Assembly: GCA_030390025.1 (NCBI GenBank)
Contig: CM059432.1
Span: 20,710,001-20,774,000 of the forward strand
DNA: 64,000 bases
Origin: Squalus acanthias
Taxonomy: Eukaryota
Reading direction: 5' to 3'
In this document: positions 1 through 13,614 of the stretch, in pieces
How positions within the stretch are numbered: position 1 is the first letter of the stretch
How the letters are laid out: each line of letters starts with the position of its first letter
Notes under the pieces: model-generated
Told to the model about the DNA's origin: nothing
Database searches by the model: none
The model's input: the letters and a program-made list of their open reading frames with translations, nothing else
Position numbers and translations under genes: made by a program

Positions 1-316
1 ATTTACTCAGTAGGAATTTTTGCCTTTGGAATCAGAAACTTTACTTTTGCTTCTATTTATTCCTGTTATCTCAGTTGTGCATGAAAGTAGCCAGAAGGCA
101 CTGGAGCTCCTGCGTTTTGACATCAGTGGAGCTCAGTTAGCTTTGTACGTAGAACGTAATGTGAATAATATAGTTCCTAAAATTGTTAGAGAACACTGAA
201 CCCAAATTTACTAATTAAATTCCGTTCAGTCCAGTAGTGTTTCATTTCCCTGCTAGCTCTGTTGCTAAGTGCATCTTTCAAAGTAAAGCACTTACCAACT
301 GCAACAGTTGGCACTA

Positions 317-580
317 ACCCTCCATAAACTTCAGCTCATCCAAAACTCTGCTGCCCATATTTTAACTTGCACCAAGTCCAGTTCACCCATCATCTGTGCT
401 CTCTGACCTATATTGGCTCCTGGTCTGGCAATGCTTCAAATGTAAAATTCTCATCCTTGCATTGAAATCCCCCTGAGGCCTTGCCCCTGCCAATCTCTGT
501 AACCTCCTCCAGCCCTACAACCCTCGGAGATCTCTGCGCTCCTCCCATTCTGACCTCTTCCGCATCCCCGATTTGGCGAT
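317..580 (+). mobile_element. L2 LINE ORF2 3' fragment
   Basis: Encodes KLQLIQNSAAHILTCTKSSSPI, a typical L2 C-terminus; homologous to 22670-23260. Confidence 0.75.
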
Positions 581-1120
581 TTGACATTTTCCAATTTGCA
601 AGTTTCCCCAATATCTCACTAGCTTTGTAAGATTTTGGTTTAGTGCATCTCATTAAACTGCGTATGGAGATGGTGTCTGATGTGGTCGGTATTGTTTTAC
701 TTGTTACTCCTGTGCACTATCAAAACATCAAACAAGAGATGATTAATATAATTTCATGTACTTACAGGCAGTTCCCCCATGGGTGATGCTGATGGTAAGG
801 CAGAGGATACTCTGTCTTGTAACCGTATACCCTGTGGCACATAATGTATATTCTGCTTTTAAAGCCACATGGTCCAATTGCTGGGTCTTCCTAATGTCAA
901 TTAGAGTCTAATTATTCTTAAACAGATCCTGAAGTAAATTAAAGGTTGAAAGAAACCATCTGGTAGTGACTGGCTTTCTTTCTTTTTATTCTACTTATTT
1001 TTAAAAAGTGTGACACAGAAGCTTGCATCTGTGTCAAAGAATGGTAACTGAAGTACACACAATGCCTCAAAGCTTTGACATATGCTAGCAGAGCCCCATG
1101 GCATTTTTCACAAGTGAGTC

Positions 1121-4010
1121 ATAAGAACATAAGGACATAAGAAATAGGAGCAGGAATAGGCCACTTGGCCCCTCGAGCCTGCTCCGCCATTCAATAAGAT
1201 CACGGCTGATCTTGGGCTCAAAGCCACTTCCCTGCCCGCTACCCATAACCCTTCACTCCCTTATCTTGCAAAAATCTGTCTATCTCCACCTTAAATGTAT
1301 TTAATGACCCAGCCTCCACGGCTCTCTGGGGCAGAGAATTCCACAGATTTACGACCCTCTGAGAGAAGAAATTCCTTTATTCTGAAACTATGCCCCCGAG
1401 TTCTAGATTTCCCCATGAGGGGAAACATCCTCTCTGCATCTACCTTGTTGAGCCCCCTCAGTAACTTATATGTTTCAATAAGATCACCTCTCATTCTTCT
1501 AAATTCCAATGAGTATAGACCCAACCTGCTCAACCTTTCTTCATAAGTCAACCCCCTCATCTCTGGAATTAACCTAGTGAATCATCTCTGAACTGCCTCC
1601 AATGCAAGTATATCCTTCCTTAAATAAGGAGACCAAAACTGTACGCAGTACTCAAGGTGTGGTCTCACCAATACCCTGTACAGTTGTAGCAGGACTTCCC
1701 TGCTTTTATATTCCAACCCCCTTGCAATAAAGGCCAACATTCCATTTGCCTTTTTGATTACTTGCTGTACCTGCATGCTAACTTTTTGTGTTTCATGAAT
1801 AAGGACCCCCAGGTCCCTCTGAACTGTAGCATTTTGTAGTCTCACTCCATTTAAATAATAATTTGCTTTTTTATTTTTCCTGCCGAAGTGGATAACCTCG
1901 CACTTTCCCACATTATACTCCATCTGCCAAATATTTGCCCACTCACTTAGCCTGTCTATATCCCTTTGCAGATTCTTTGAGTCTTCTGCACAACTTGCTT
2001 TCCCACACATCTTTGTATCATCCGCAAACTTGGCTATATTACACTCAGTCCCTTCATCCAAGTCATTAATGTAGATTGTAAATAGTTGAGGCCCCAGCAC
2101 CGATCCCTGTGGCACCCCACTAGTTAACGTTTGCCAATCGGAAAATGACCCATTTATCCCGACTCTCTGCTTTCTGTTAGTTAAAATTGAGAGGTCGCAC
2201 AACACCAGGTTATAGTTCAACAGTTTTATTTGAAATCACAAGCTTTCGGAGCTATCGATTGCCCCTTCCCTACTTCACCTGAGGAAGGGGCAATCGATAG
2301 CTCCGAAAGCTTGTGATTTCAAATAAAACTGTTGGACTATAACCTGGTGTTGTGCGACCTCTCAATTTTGTCCACCCCAGTCCAACACCGGCATCTCCGC
2401 ATTCTGTTAGTTAGCCAATTCTCTATCCATGCTAATATATTACACCCAACTCCGTGAGCTCTTATCTTATGCAGTAACCTTTTATGTGGCACCTTATCGA
2501 ATGCCTTCTGGAAATCCAAATACACCACATCCACTGGCTCACCTTTATCTACCCTGCTCGTTACATCCTCAAAGAACTCCAGCAAATTTGTTAAACATGA
2601 TTTCCCTTTCATAAAACCATGCTGACTCTGCTTAACTGCATTATGATTTTCCAAATGCCCTGCTACCGCTTCCTTAATGAAGGACTCCAGCATTTTCCCA
2701 ACGACAGATGTTAGGCTAACTGGTCTATAGTTTCCTGCTTTCTATCTCCCTCCTTTCTTAAATAGGGGTGTTACATTTGCGGTTTTCCAATCTTCTGGGA
2801 CCTCTCCAGAGTCCAGGGAATTTTGGTATATTGCAACCAATGCATCCACTATCTCTGCAGCCACTTCTTTTAAGACCCTGGGATGCAGGCCATCTGGTCC
2901 AAGGGACCTGTTGTCTTTTAGTCCCATTATTTTACCAAGTACTTTTTCCTTAGTGATAGTGATTGTCTTTACTTCCCCACTCCCTGTGGCCCCTTGATTA
3001 TCCATTAGTGGGATGTTGTTAGTGTCTTCTACCGTGAAGACAGATATTTGTTCAGAGTCTCTGCCATTTCCCCGTTCCCCATTATTAATTCCCCATTCTC
3101 ATCCTCTAAGGGACCAATGTTTACTTCAGCTACTCTCTTCCTTTTTATATACTGGTAGAAGCTCTTACTATCTGTTTCAATATTTCTTGCCAGTTTACTT
3201 TCATAATTCATCTTCTCTCTCTTTATTATTTTTTTAGTCATCCTTTGCTGGTTTTTAAAAATTTCCCAATCCTCTGGCCTCCCACCAATCTTGGCAACGT
3301 TGTATGCCTTTGTTTTCAATTTGATACCATCCTTTACTTCCTTAGTTAGCCACGATAGTGCTCCCTTCTCTTAAAATCTTTCTTTCTCACTGGAATATAT
3401 TGAGAGTTATGAAATATCTCCTTAAATGTCCGCCACTGCATTTCAACTGTCCTACCTTTTAATTTATTTTTCCAGTTCACTTTAGCCAGTTCTGCCCTCA
3501 TGCCATTGTAATTGCCTTTCTTTAAGATCTTTAAGACTGGTTTGAGATACAACTTTCTCACCCTCCAACTGAATTTGAAATTCAACCATGTTATGATCAC
3601 TCTTACCGAGAGGATTCTTTACTGTGAGATCATTTATTAATTCTGTCTCATTACACAGTACGAGATCCAAGATAGCCTGCTCCCTGGTTGGTTCCATTAG
3701 ATACTGTTCCAGGAAACCATTCCAGATACACTCTATGAACACCTCCTCAAGGCTACCATGGCGAATTTGATTTGTCCAATCAATATGGAGATTAAAATCA
3801 CCCATGATTATTACTGTACCTTTTTTACGGGCCTCCATTATTTGTTGATTTATACTCTGTCCAACAGTATTGCTACTGTTCGGGGGCCTGTAGACTACGC
3901 CCACTAGAGACTTTTTCCCCTTATTATTTTTTATTTCCATCCAAACCGATTCTACATCTTGATCTTCTGAGCCAATATCACTTCTCACCACTGCACTGAT
4001 CCCATCCAGT
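1121..4010 (-). mobile_element. CR1 LINE, ORF2 (EN+RT) decayed, 3' tail intact
   Basis: Minus-strand ORF pieces with VVYRPP, GDFNLH, LDFQKAFDKVPH, GVPQGSVLGP and FADD; tail reads ATAAGAACATAAG on +; interrupted at 2184-2401. Confidence 0.95.
2184..2401 (+). mobile_element. Penelope-like pseudo-LTR fragment, inverted-repeat form with hammerhead-like core
   Basis: 87-bp arms 2183-2269 and 2283-2369 (1 mismatch); CTGAGGA...GAAA motif; 12-bp TSD TTCTGTTAGTTA at 2172-2183 and 2402-2413. Confidence 0.8.
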
Positions 4011-4101
4011 TTATGCTGTTGCAAGTTTGAGGTGAGGGCGCTGAAAGGATTTGGAAATCTTTTGAATTTTCTATCCAGATGGCTGTGGATGCTCAGTCAT
4101 T

Positions 4102-5867
4102 GGGCTGAATTTTGCCGGCGCTCAGAGGGCGGGTTCGGAGGTGGGTCCTCTGTCAAAATCAAAAGCGGGGCAGTATCCCGCTCTAAACCCGCCTCCTTGT
4201 GAGTTTCCCTAGTGCCGGCTCTGCCTGCGCTTTGCAGACCCGCCACTAAGCGACAGGTCATGCAATTGTGCGAGTTAAGAGGGTGTTTAAAGCAATTTAA
4301 TCACCATTTTACCAGATGCAAAGCATTTTCCCATGTTTTCCACGAGGTTCCCATCGCTCGGGGATCACGCCATGTAAGTGTGTCAGGGTTCTGAACAACT
4401 CTCCATTTCTTTGATTAGGTGACAGCTACAAAAGTGGTCTAAAAGCTAACATTTTACAGCTGGTCACTTTCCAATGTCAGAAGCTGGAGCATTAATGATT
4501 TGGAAACCACTTTTGAGCTTTATGCACTTTTGAAGCATTTGTAGTAATCTCTCTATCCACTGTCACCTCCTTGGAACAACCTATCTCAACATTGACAGAT
4601 CACTTCTGTCATCTCAACCTCACCTACCATCTATTCCATCAGCATCGGGGCCCTTGAAAAAATCTCACCTTGGTCCTCAGAATCCCAACACGATCAGCCC
4701 CAACACCAGCAGCACCGGGCACACCAGCAGCACCAACATCCACACCAACCTTCTCCGAAATCAACTGATGCTGCACTGAACACAGGGCATCATCACCCAT
4801 GCACATGCTGCCCGCGACACCAGCGATGGCCTCACCATGTCCAGATTTGCTTCACTTAACACTGTACACCATGGCTGTCACATGATGCACCAGGTTGGCA
4901 CCACCCCACACCAGCACCATAAAGCATCCCTACAATGTCCAAGCCATTCCTTTCACACTCATCACCATTGGGGGGAGGGGGGGTGCTGGGGACATTATGT
5001 CTCACCATTCACTGCAACTCACTAAGCCACTTCCAAAGGTGCACACAAATCTGTGCAAGAACGCAAAGTGTTCAAAATAAAGATTTCAATGTTTGACAGC
5101 ACATTACCAAAACTTCACATGAACATTGGCTAAAACATCCAAGTGCCTACCCTTGAGCGCAGTTAGTTGGTATACTTGCAGTAGGATGAGGGTGAGTGTG
5201 AGGGGTGGCTAGTGAGATGGGGATGTGATAATGTAGATAGAGAGGGATGGGTGGAGGTGCAATGTAAGTTGGTGTGAGTAAGGATGTGCAGGAGTAGGGT
5301 AGGGAAGGCAGAGTGATGGGGATGTGATGAGTGGCACAACAGGATGAGGTTGAGTGTGGCTTGGCAGTAACGTTTCGTGATCTACTGAGATCATTGAAAG
5401 GTTTGCGCCACTGCAGCCTGGTCCTCCTGACAACATCCCTGCTTGTGTCCTCCTGTGCAATGTGCAACCAGGAGGTCTCTTCCGCCCATTGGAAGGGAAG
5501 AGAACCTTCATGCATGCTGTGACTCCCTCCATAAGCATATAGAGGGAGAGCCTGGGTGCAGCTGTGCACCTTTGTACAGTGCTTGTCAGTGTTTGGAGCA
5601 CCTCAGTGCTGTAGAACATTGACAGCACAACTGTCAAAATGAATGTGGACATGGCCCCTTTAAGGAAACCGGATAATGACGTGTCATCAGATGACGTCAT
5701 CAGACCCGCTTCCTTTTAATTGGCTGGGAACCTCGCAGGGCGGGCTTAACAAGGCCAATCAGGGCAAAATCACTTGGAGGAGGCGTGCTGAAGACAGGTG
5801 CGGAGTTTGAGGCCGCTGTCTGCTCCGGCCACACCGGACTCACCAGGGCTGGTGAAACCACCGCCCC
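4102..5867. mobile_element. PIF/Harbinger DNA transposon, internally deleted
   Basis: Left end GGGCTGAATTTT after ATT, degenerate right end ...GCCC; contains a Myb/SANT remnant; interrupts a CR1. Confidence 0.75.
5378..5575 (-). pseudogene. Harbinger Myb/SANT-like DNA-binding protein remnant
   Basis: Frameshifted AAPRLS...VLFPSNGRKRP / WLHIAQEDTSRDVVRRTRLQWRKPFNDL matches the W..IA......RT..QCRKKFNDL trihelix pattern. Confidence 0.75.
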
Positions 5868-6851
5868 AGAGTGTGTTTAAGACTGAAATTGATGGATTTT
5901 TGGGCACGAAGGGAATCAAAGGATATGGAGATAGGGCGGGAAAGTGGACGATGTCAAATTTCAGTCATGATCTTATTGAATGGTGGAGCAGGCTCGAGGG
6001 CCCATGTGGCCTATCCTGTTCCTATTTCTTATATTCTTAGGTTCTTATGAAAGAAGTTTGTAAGAGATCTCCCAAGAGACACTGGAGTAAGTTTTATTTT
6101 GGTTCCTGGAAAATAAATAAATATATAAACGGGATCTTTTCCTTCTAGCAGCGATGTTTCGGTGGTATGGGACATCTGCTCGCCACCCCGACACTGTTGC
6201 AAACTCAACCCTGTTTCCTGGGCCAGGGCTCATTACAGATGCATGGCAGGCTCCCAGTGGGATGCCCGTCGCAAAAGGGAGCTCACCAGAGCTTGGCCAC
6301 AAAAGCCTAGCGTTGCGGCAACTAAAATAAAAAGAGGTGGCTGACCATTTGAAGGGGTGGAAAAGCTCCACGGACTGATGGGGCTTAAAAGCTCTACGGA
6401 CTGATGGAGCTGCAGCCTTGTAGGCCTCAGCAGAGAGCGAAGCCTACGCAGATGTCCTTTGGATGCCAGAGTGGGGAGAGAGAGAGGAGTCTGCTACAAA
6501 ACCGTGATCTCTACTTCCCATGGACAGCAGCTACCTTCGACATGGTGGTCCTGGGAAGCAACGGTAACACAGGCGGATGGGAGGGAATTTTCTGGGGAGC
6601 ACCCTTTGCATATGATGAACTGGGAAGAGTGGCTAGCAGCAGAACAAGTGGGGCAAGAGGGAAGAAATCCAGGTCAGCACTGAGGTGGCATTAGGACTAA
6701 CTTGCTGAATTTTCCCTTACTTTCCACCACTATCAGCGAGACTATGGACAAAAGCCCAGTCCATAGTGTTTTTCTTACCTACTACCGGCAGGTAGGTAGT
6801 GAAATAACTAAATAAACCTACTCACCTCGCATATCACATTTATATATGTCA

Positions 6852-7179
6852 TATCACAGAATCACAGAATCCCCACAGTGCAGATAGAGGCCATTTCAGC
6901 CCATCAAGCCTGCACCGACACATATCCCACCCTATCCCCGTAACCCCACGTATTTAATCCCCCTAACACTAAGGGTCAATTTATCATAGCCAAATCAACC
7001 TAACCCGCACATCTTTGGACTGTGGGAGGAAACCGGAGCACCCGGAGGAAACCCACGCAGACACGGGGAGAATGTGCAAACTCCACACAGACAGTTATCC
7101 TAGGCTGGATTCGACCCGGGTCCCTGGCGCTGTGAGGCAACAGTGCTAACCACTATGCCACTATGCCACCGTGTTGCCC
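6852..7179 (-). mobile_element. HE1-like V-SINE (tRNA-derived, CR1-type tail)
   Basis: Minus strand begins GGGCAACACGGTGGC...TAGTGGTTAGCACTG; V-domain reads GGAGGAAACCGGAGCACCCGGAGGAAACCCACGCAGACACGGGGAGAA on +; (ATCACAGA)n tail. Confidence 0.9.
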
Positions 7180-8189
7180 TAGTATGTCAAATAAATCAAT
7201 GAATCTCTGCCTGTTATATGGTGTAAGAGGTCCGAACCCTTACTGTTCATCTAATTATGGTGTGGGGAAGGGAGATGGATATTTCAAACAGCAAATCAGG
7301 GCATGATCTGTAAATGGCCAGTCTTGCTGTTAATCATAAAACTATGAATTGAAGGCCTAATTTCACGCTGAAAACTATAGCCTATTATCTTGTTCCATTT
7401 CTTCAACCGAGAGTCATGGGTTTAGGAGCTCCCATAAACTCCAGGCGCAGGTCTCTGACAGAAAACATTGGAGGCATTTCTAACACAAAATGCTATTGTA
7501 TTAGTGAGTTTAATCATTTTCTTGAATACATGTTAATGACAAATCATATTTCCAGACCTACGTTTCTTACCTTAGTAAGAATCCAAGGTGGCAACTGAGG
7601 GTAGTTTCAAAAACTTAGCTCCTTTTTAAAAAAAAGTTAGTTGTTATTTGCTGTTTGTGAATAGGACATTTGAGCCAATTAAGTGCAGTGTGACACAAAA
7701 TTTGCATATAGAGAGGCTCAATGCCTGAGGTGTCTGACATTAATAAGTGTTTAATAATGGATCTTCTGTTGATGGTAAATCAGATGTTTTATAAAGACAG
7801 GAACTGCTGCTAAGGTGAAGCTGAGAATGAAAATGCAAAAGATCGTGGTGATATTTGTTATATTGAGAGGCTTTGTTCTGGTTTTTACCCAGAAAATGTA
7901 CCACCCATTCCTTCCCCATCTTGGATTTAATGTTTAAAAATAAAAATGAAAATTTTTCAAGGAATTAACTGGAACCCTATTCATGAGGCCACATTCAGTG
8001 CAGAGATGCTGAGACCAAATGTTGCAACCCAGGACCTTGCAGCGCTACATGGTTCAATACCGTATTCCATGGCGCATTTACCTTCTGACCCAACAGCTCA
8101 ACATCCTATTAGCTTTGTTGATTGTCACTCTGCATTGATGGGACATGTTTAGCATTGAGTCTACTAAAACTCCTAGCTCTCCTTCAACT

Positions 8190-9000
8190 TCATTCTTGTC
8201 TGTTTCAATACCATATTCGAGTATCCATGTTATCTATTTTTCTTCTTGTGAGTAGCACTTTACATTTCTCTGCATTCAATTTCATCTGCCATTGTTCTGC
8301 CCACTTACAGATCTGTAATACCTGAGCAGCCTCTTCTAATTTCACTGCCCCTTGTAGTTTGGCATCATCTACAGAATTTGACCACTTTACATTGAGTTTC
8401 TAATCCAAGTTATTGATGTAAATTAGAAACAGTAATAGTCCCAGCATGAACCCCGAGACACCCCACTCAGTAGTTCCTACCACACTGACATAAGTCCTCT
8501 AATGACTATTCATTGTTTTCTACCCTTCAACCAGTTTCTTATCCAATCACAGGGTTTACTCTGAATCCACGCAGCTTTGAGTTTAATTAATAGCCTTTTG
8601 TGTGGAACTTTGTCAAATGCCTTTTGGGAGTTGAGGTACATAGAGTTTCCCAGAGTTCACTTGGGTTGTCATTTCCTCAAAGAAATCGAGGAGGTTGGGC
8701 AGGTAGAATTGTCCCCTTTTGAATCCATGCTCACTGCTGTTAACTAGGTTATTATTATGCAGATGATCCTTAAGTTTATTCCTGATAATGGATTCCATTA
8801 TTTTACATGGAATGGAACTAACACTAATAGATCTGTAGTTGCTTGTGTCTATTTTGTCACCCTTTCTGAATATACCTCCTCAGTGTCCAGTGACTCCCTC
8901 ATAATGATTGCCAGTGCCTTCGCAAATCTCCACCTTGGTCTCTCTCAGCATTCTGAGATAAGTATCATCTCTCCCTGGGGATTCATTGAGTCTGCTTGCC
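8190..9000 (-). mobile_element. Old CR1 RT fragment
   Basis: Degenerate RT (MESIIRNKLKDHL...NLLDFFEE). Confidence 0.7.
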
Positions 9001-9039
9001 CTGTGCACGACTTCCATCTCATTGATAACAAAAGTCATT

Positions 9040-9768
9040 GGGGGAGAAATTCCCCTGGTTTGTGCCTCCCGTTAGCGCCTGCGGGGGCGGTAACGGGACG
9101 CTAAGGGGTTACCGACCGGGCGCGGCGAATTCACCGATGCGCGCTGAGACTTACCGCCTCGTTCTCTTGCGCCCCGAAGATCATGACGTCATCCGGTGCG
9201 CAGCGCCCCGTTAGTGCCCTGGAAGTGATATTTGCTTCCGCCCCCTACAGCATCGTCAGGTGTCAATAACGACAGCTGCAGGAGGCGTTGTCACCTCGGC
9301 TGGCCGCTTGGGGAGCGCTATTTAAAGGCAGTGGTGGTCAGGTAGGGCAAAATTTATTTATGTCCCCACTCTGGTGCCTCCTGCATTCTTTTGCCCCCAC
9401 GATTGCTCAGCCCTGCACTCTCTTAGAGTGCTTGGGGCTGCTATTCGCGTTGCGCAGGTGCCATTGCCCAACTGACACAGCCTAAAGATTCATTCAACGC
9501 AGCATTGGCCCTTCCCTTTACGGGAGGGAAGGAGCCTGTAAAGACGGCAACGCTGCCCCGAACATTGCTCAGCGCTCTGCCGATACCGCCCCTCTCACTC
9601 CCTTTAGTGCTCCAAGGGAAGTGGTAGCGCTTGATTTAGCGCTCCACTTCCCACTTGGAGCACTGAAGCGGAAGTTCCTGGCAGCAGCAAATCTTTTTCG
9701 CCCGGCGATACTTTTGCGCTCCCTGAAAAGTTATCGCCCCAAATGGGGCGCTACGTAATTTCTAGCCC
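9040..9768. mobile_element. Harbinger-type non-autonomous TIR element (GC-rich family A)
   Basis: TIRs GGGGGAGAAATT / AATTTCTAGCCC, TSD ATT/ATT; homologous to 50826-51598. Confidence 0.85.
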
Positions 9769-11317
9769 ATTGATTTTACTTGTATTTCAAGAACCAAAAT
9801 CTTTGCTCAGTTAACACCTTGGTGCAATTAGCTCCAGATAAACACTGACGTGATCTGCACAGATGTCTCACCCACCAACCCAACCCACGATTTTTCCCTG
9901 TTTGCAGGTTTCCCTCTGTGAACTCCCACTGGACCACCACTGGCCAGAGATCTGGTTTCCCATCTCCTATGCAGGGAAGTGACGAGCGTCAGTTCAGGGA
10001 GTCTCTATAACAGTACAGTTGAAATCAGAATTGTCACAGAGTGGGGAAATTAAGCCTGTATTCCTTCCAGTCACTGTGCATTGATATCTCAATTTAATAG
10101 ATTATTTTGCACCAGCCCAGGCATTCAATTGTAATCCGTCAAACTGATTCCTATTCTTTCCCAATACATGCAATTCCTGATCCATGTTCAACAATTAAAT
10201 GCAAAGCTCTGATCCAAGCGTGAAATTTCCCAATCATTATTTGGTGCACTAACTAGAATCAATCTGCTGCTAAATTTCATCCAAAGATAGCAGCAAAAAG
10301 TTTGAAGTCTAATCAATTGTATGTAAAGCATCTGCTTTTGTTAAGTATTTTCTTTGAGATTGAACTGCTGATTGAATGATTAGAGGCGCTGTAGTTCTAA
10401 AGATTTGCAAATTGGCCACTTTTTTTTATCTTAGCTGTGAGGGAAGCCCTGATCCAAAGATGGGCTTCCTCAGCAAGCCAGTTAGCAGTTAACTGCTATT
10501 ACTTTAGAAGGAAGAAGAGAAGCATCAGCAGAGCCGTTGGTGTTTGTTTTCTTCAGACAGGCAGATTCAAACTTATGTTTTCCAGTGTCCTGGTTTCCTC
10601 AGCCTCCCCCTTTCCAATGGAATCTGTTGAGCATCACTATTTTTATGGAGGCGCCACTTTTAGTTACATACTTGTTTCTGTAGTGAATTTTTGTTGTGAT
10701 TTTTCCATTAGATTCCAACTGACATTAAAATGTATCGACATTTTCCTGATGCCCTCAGTACTATTCTCTTAAAGAATGCTTTCCCAAATGTCCTGATTTT
10801 GGTAAGAAAGCCTGCAAACAATACAGGGCATGCGATATATATCATCTCTACCTATACCATGTAGTCAGCTTGAGTTACCATGCATCAAAGCACCTACTTA
10901 CATGATACAGATGGGCATTATGCATTCAGTTAGTTATCATAACCAGCTTGGTCATATATACCACAAGATGTCACCATTGTGCTCTCTTTTGTGCTGGCCC
11001 CTGCAACCCTTGCAATCCTCCAGTAATGCCAATTGTTCCCCTTCCAAAATCAGTCTCGCCATTTCAGCTTTGACTTGTCACAGGGTCTTTTTGCAGCTGA
11101 TTTCTCTGCCATCAGCTTCAGCCATGTGGCACATGCTTTCTGGCCATCACAATCTTCTCATCATAACATACCACTGACTGCACACAGGCCATTCCTTCTC
11201 ATTATTCACTTGTTGCTCACTTTAACATTCCTCCTTAAAAAGTGTAGCCTAAAACTTTCTGCGCTTTAAATACCTTCATCAGGTTCTGGCTCTCAGGACC
11301 ATTCAAGTGTCAACAAT

Positions 11318-11880
11318 AAGAACAATGGTTTGCATTTATATCATCCTTTTTAATATAGTAAACGCCCAAAGAAGAAATGGATTCTGAACAGTAGAAGGGT
11401 TAGGGGAGGTGACCGAAGACATGGTCAAAGCAAAAGGTTTTGAGGAGGATTTTGAAGATGGGGAGAGAAGTAGAAAGGCAGAGGAATTTAGAGAAATCCA
11501 GAGAGTCAGAACGAAACGGCTGATGACTGTGGCACTAATAATTGAGCAGAAGGGGGGAGAAGTGCAGGAGGATAGATTTGGAAGACTGGAAGTCTCAAGC
11601 TTGAACCTAGGGCTAGAGGAATGTGCAGAAGCAGGATGGGAGGAGGCTATGGGGGCATTTTTAATTGAAGATGATGGGCAAGCAGAACTTAGTGTGGTAC
11701 TAGATGGAGGCAGCAAAGGATAGGATGAGTGTGAGTATATGTGAGGTGGAGCTTGGAAGGCTGGCAAAGTGAGCATTGGAGAAGTTAAGCTTGCATGTGA
11801 TTAAAAACATGAATAAATGTTTCAGCAGCAATGCGGGTAAAGTAAGGTAAGATACAAGTGATGTTGTGTGGCTAGAAATA
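11318..11880 (-). mobile_element. L2 LINE fragments
   Basis: TTGCATTTATAT tail and GGTGACC...TGGTCAAAG 3' UTR motif in reverse orientation. Confidence 0.6.
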
Positions 11881-11886
11881 TGCAAT

Positions 11887-13372
11887 ACATAAGAACATAA
11901 GAAATAGGAGTAGGAGTAGGCCATTCGGCCCCTCGAGCCTGCTCTGCCATTCAATAAGATCTTGGCTGATCTTCTACCTCAACTCCACTTTCCTGCACTA
12001 TCCCCATATCCCTTGATTCCCTTAATATCCAAAAATCTAGCGATCTCTGTCTTGAATATACTCAATGACTGAGCCTCCACAGCCCTCTGGGGTAGAGAAT
12101 TCCAAAGATTTACCACCCTCTGAGTGAAGAAATTTCTCCTCATCTCAGTCCTAAATGGCCGAGCCCTTATTCTGAGACTGTGACCACTGGTTCTAGACTC
12201 CCCAGCCAGGGGAAACATCCTCCCTGCATCTACCCTGTCAAGCCCTGTAAGAATTTTGTATGTTTCAATGAGATCACCTCTCATTCTTCTAAACTCCAGA
12301 GAATATAGGCCGATTCTACTCAATCTCTCCTCATAGGACAAAGCCCCCCATCCCAGGAATCAGTCTGGTGAACATTTGTTGCACTCCCTCTATGGCAAGT
12401 ATATCCTTCCTTAGGTAAGGAGACCAAAACAGTACACAATACTCCAGGTGTGGTCTCACCAGGGCCCTATATTATTGCAGTAAGACATCTTTACTCTTAT
12501 ACTCAAATCCTCTTGTAATAAAGGCCAACATAACCTTTGTTTTCTTAATTGCTTGCTGTATCTGCATGTTAACTTTCAGTGATTCGTGTACAAGGACACC
12601 CAGGTCCCTCTGAACACCAACATTTCCCAATCTCTCACCATTTAAAAAATACTCTGCTTTTCTATTTTTCCTACCAAAGTGGATAACTTCACATTTCTCC
12701 ACATTATATTCCATTTGCCATGTTCTTGCCCACTCACTTAGCCTGTCTATATCCCCTTGAAGCCTCTTTGCATCCTCCTCACAACTTACATTCCCACCTA
12801 GCTTTGTATCATCAGCAAACTTTGATATATTACATTTGGTCCCCTCATCCAAATCATTGATATAGATTGTGAATAGCTGAGGCCCAAGCACTGATCCTTG
12901 CGGTACCCCACTAGTTACAGCCTGCCAACCCGAAAATGACCCATTTATTCCTACTCTCTGTTTTCTGTCCATTAACCAATCCTCAATCCATGGTAATATA
13001 TTTCCCCCAATCCCATGAGCCCTAATTTTGTTCAATAACATCTTGTGTGGCACCTTATCGAATGCCTTCTGAAAATCCAAATACACCACATCCACTGGTT
13101 CCCCCTTATCTATTCTGCTAGTTACAACCTCAAAAAACTCTAACAGATTTGTCAAACATGATTTCCCTTTCATAAATCTGTGTTGACTCTGCCCAATCCT
13201 ATTATTATTTTCTAAGTGCCCTGTTACCACGTCCTTAATAATAGATTCCAGCATTTTCCCTACTATTGATGTCAGGCTAACTGGTCTGTAGTTCCCCGTT
13301 TAGTCTCTCCCTCCTTTCTTAAATAGTGGGATTACATTTGCTATCTTCCAATCCGTGGGAACCATTCTAGAA
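11887..13372 (-). mobile_element. 5'-truncated CR1 LINE (RT)
   Basis: 260-aa ORF 12472-13254 with RT motifs; 120-aa C-terminal ORF; (CATAAGAA)n tail on +. Confidence 0.95.
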
Positions 13373-13614
13373 TCAATATTGGTGTTAGATATGATATGTG
13401 GTTTGAAGGGCATCTCAATGTTGAACAAGCTACTGAGGTCGATGGAAAACTAGCCTCATACAATTGTTTGTCTCTGTTTCTCTCTTCTAGAGTATTTCAA
13501 CAGTCAGGATTTTCAAAAAGTAAGCTAGCAAATGATCTCTGTTGCTCAAATTGCAAGAATTGCATGTATATGAAAAAGCCACATTAGCCAACATAATGAA
13601 TACATTATTGTTGA

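Larger units (their letters stand above)
4047..6047 (+). mobile_element. CR1 3' end fragment split by a Harbinger element
   Basis: ...GCTGTGGATGCTCAGTCATT (to 4101) resumes as GAGTGTGTTTAAGACTGAAATTGAT (~5869) and runs to a CR1 tail. Confidence 0.8.

Noticed and set aside
769..795. Possible 27-nt micro-exon (TACAG|GCAG...GATG|GTAAGG)
   Set aside because: Weak polypyrimidine tract, peptide unrecognised, no partner exons found
6063..6765. Another TIR element
   Set aside because: Body looks transposon-like but paired termini and TSD could not be resolved
11336..11776. 146-aa and 104-aa ORFs as genes
   Set aside because: Low-complexity readings of a decayed L2
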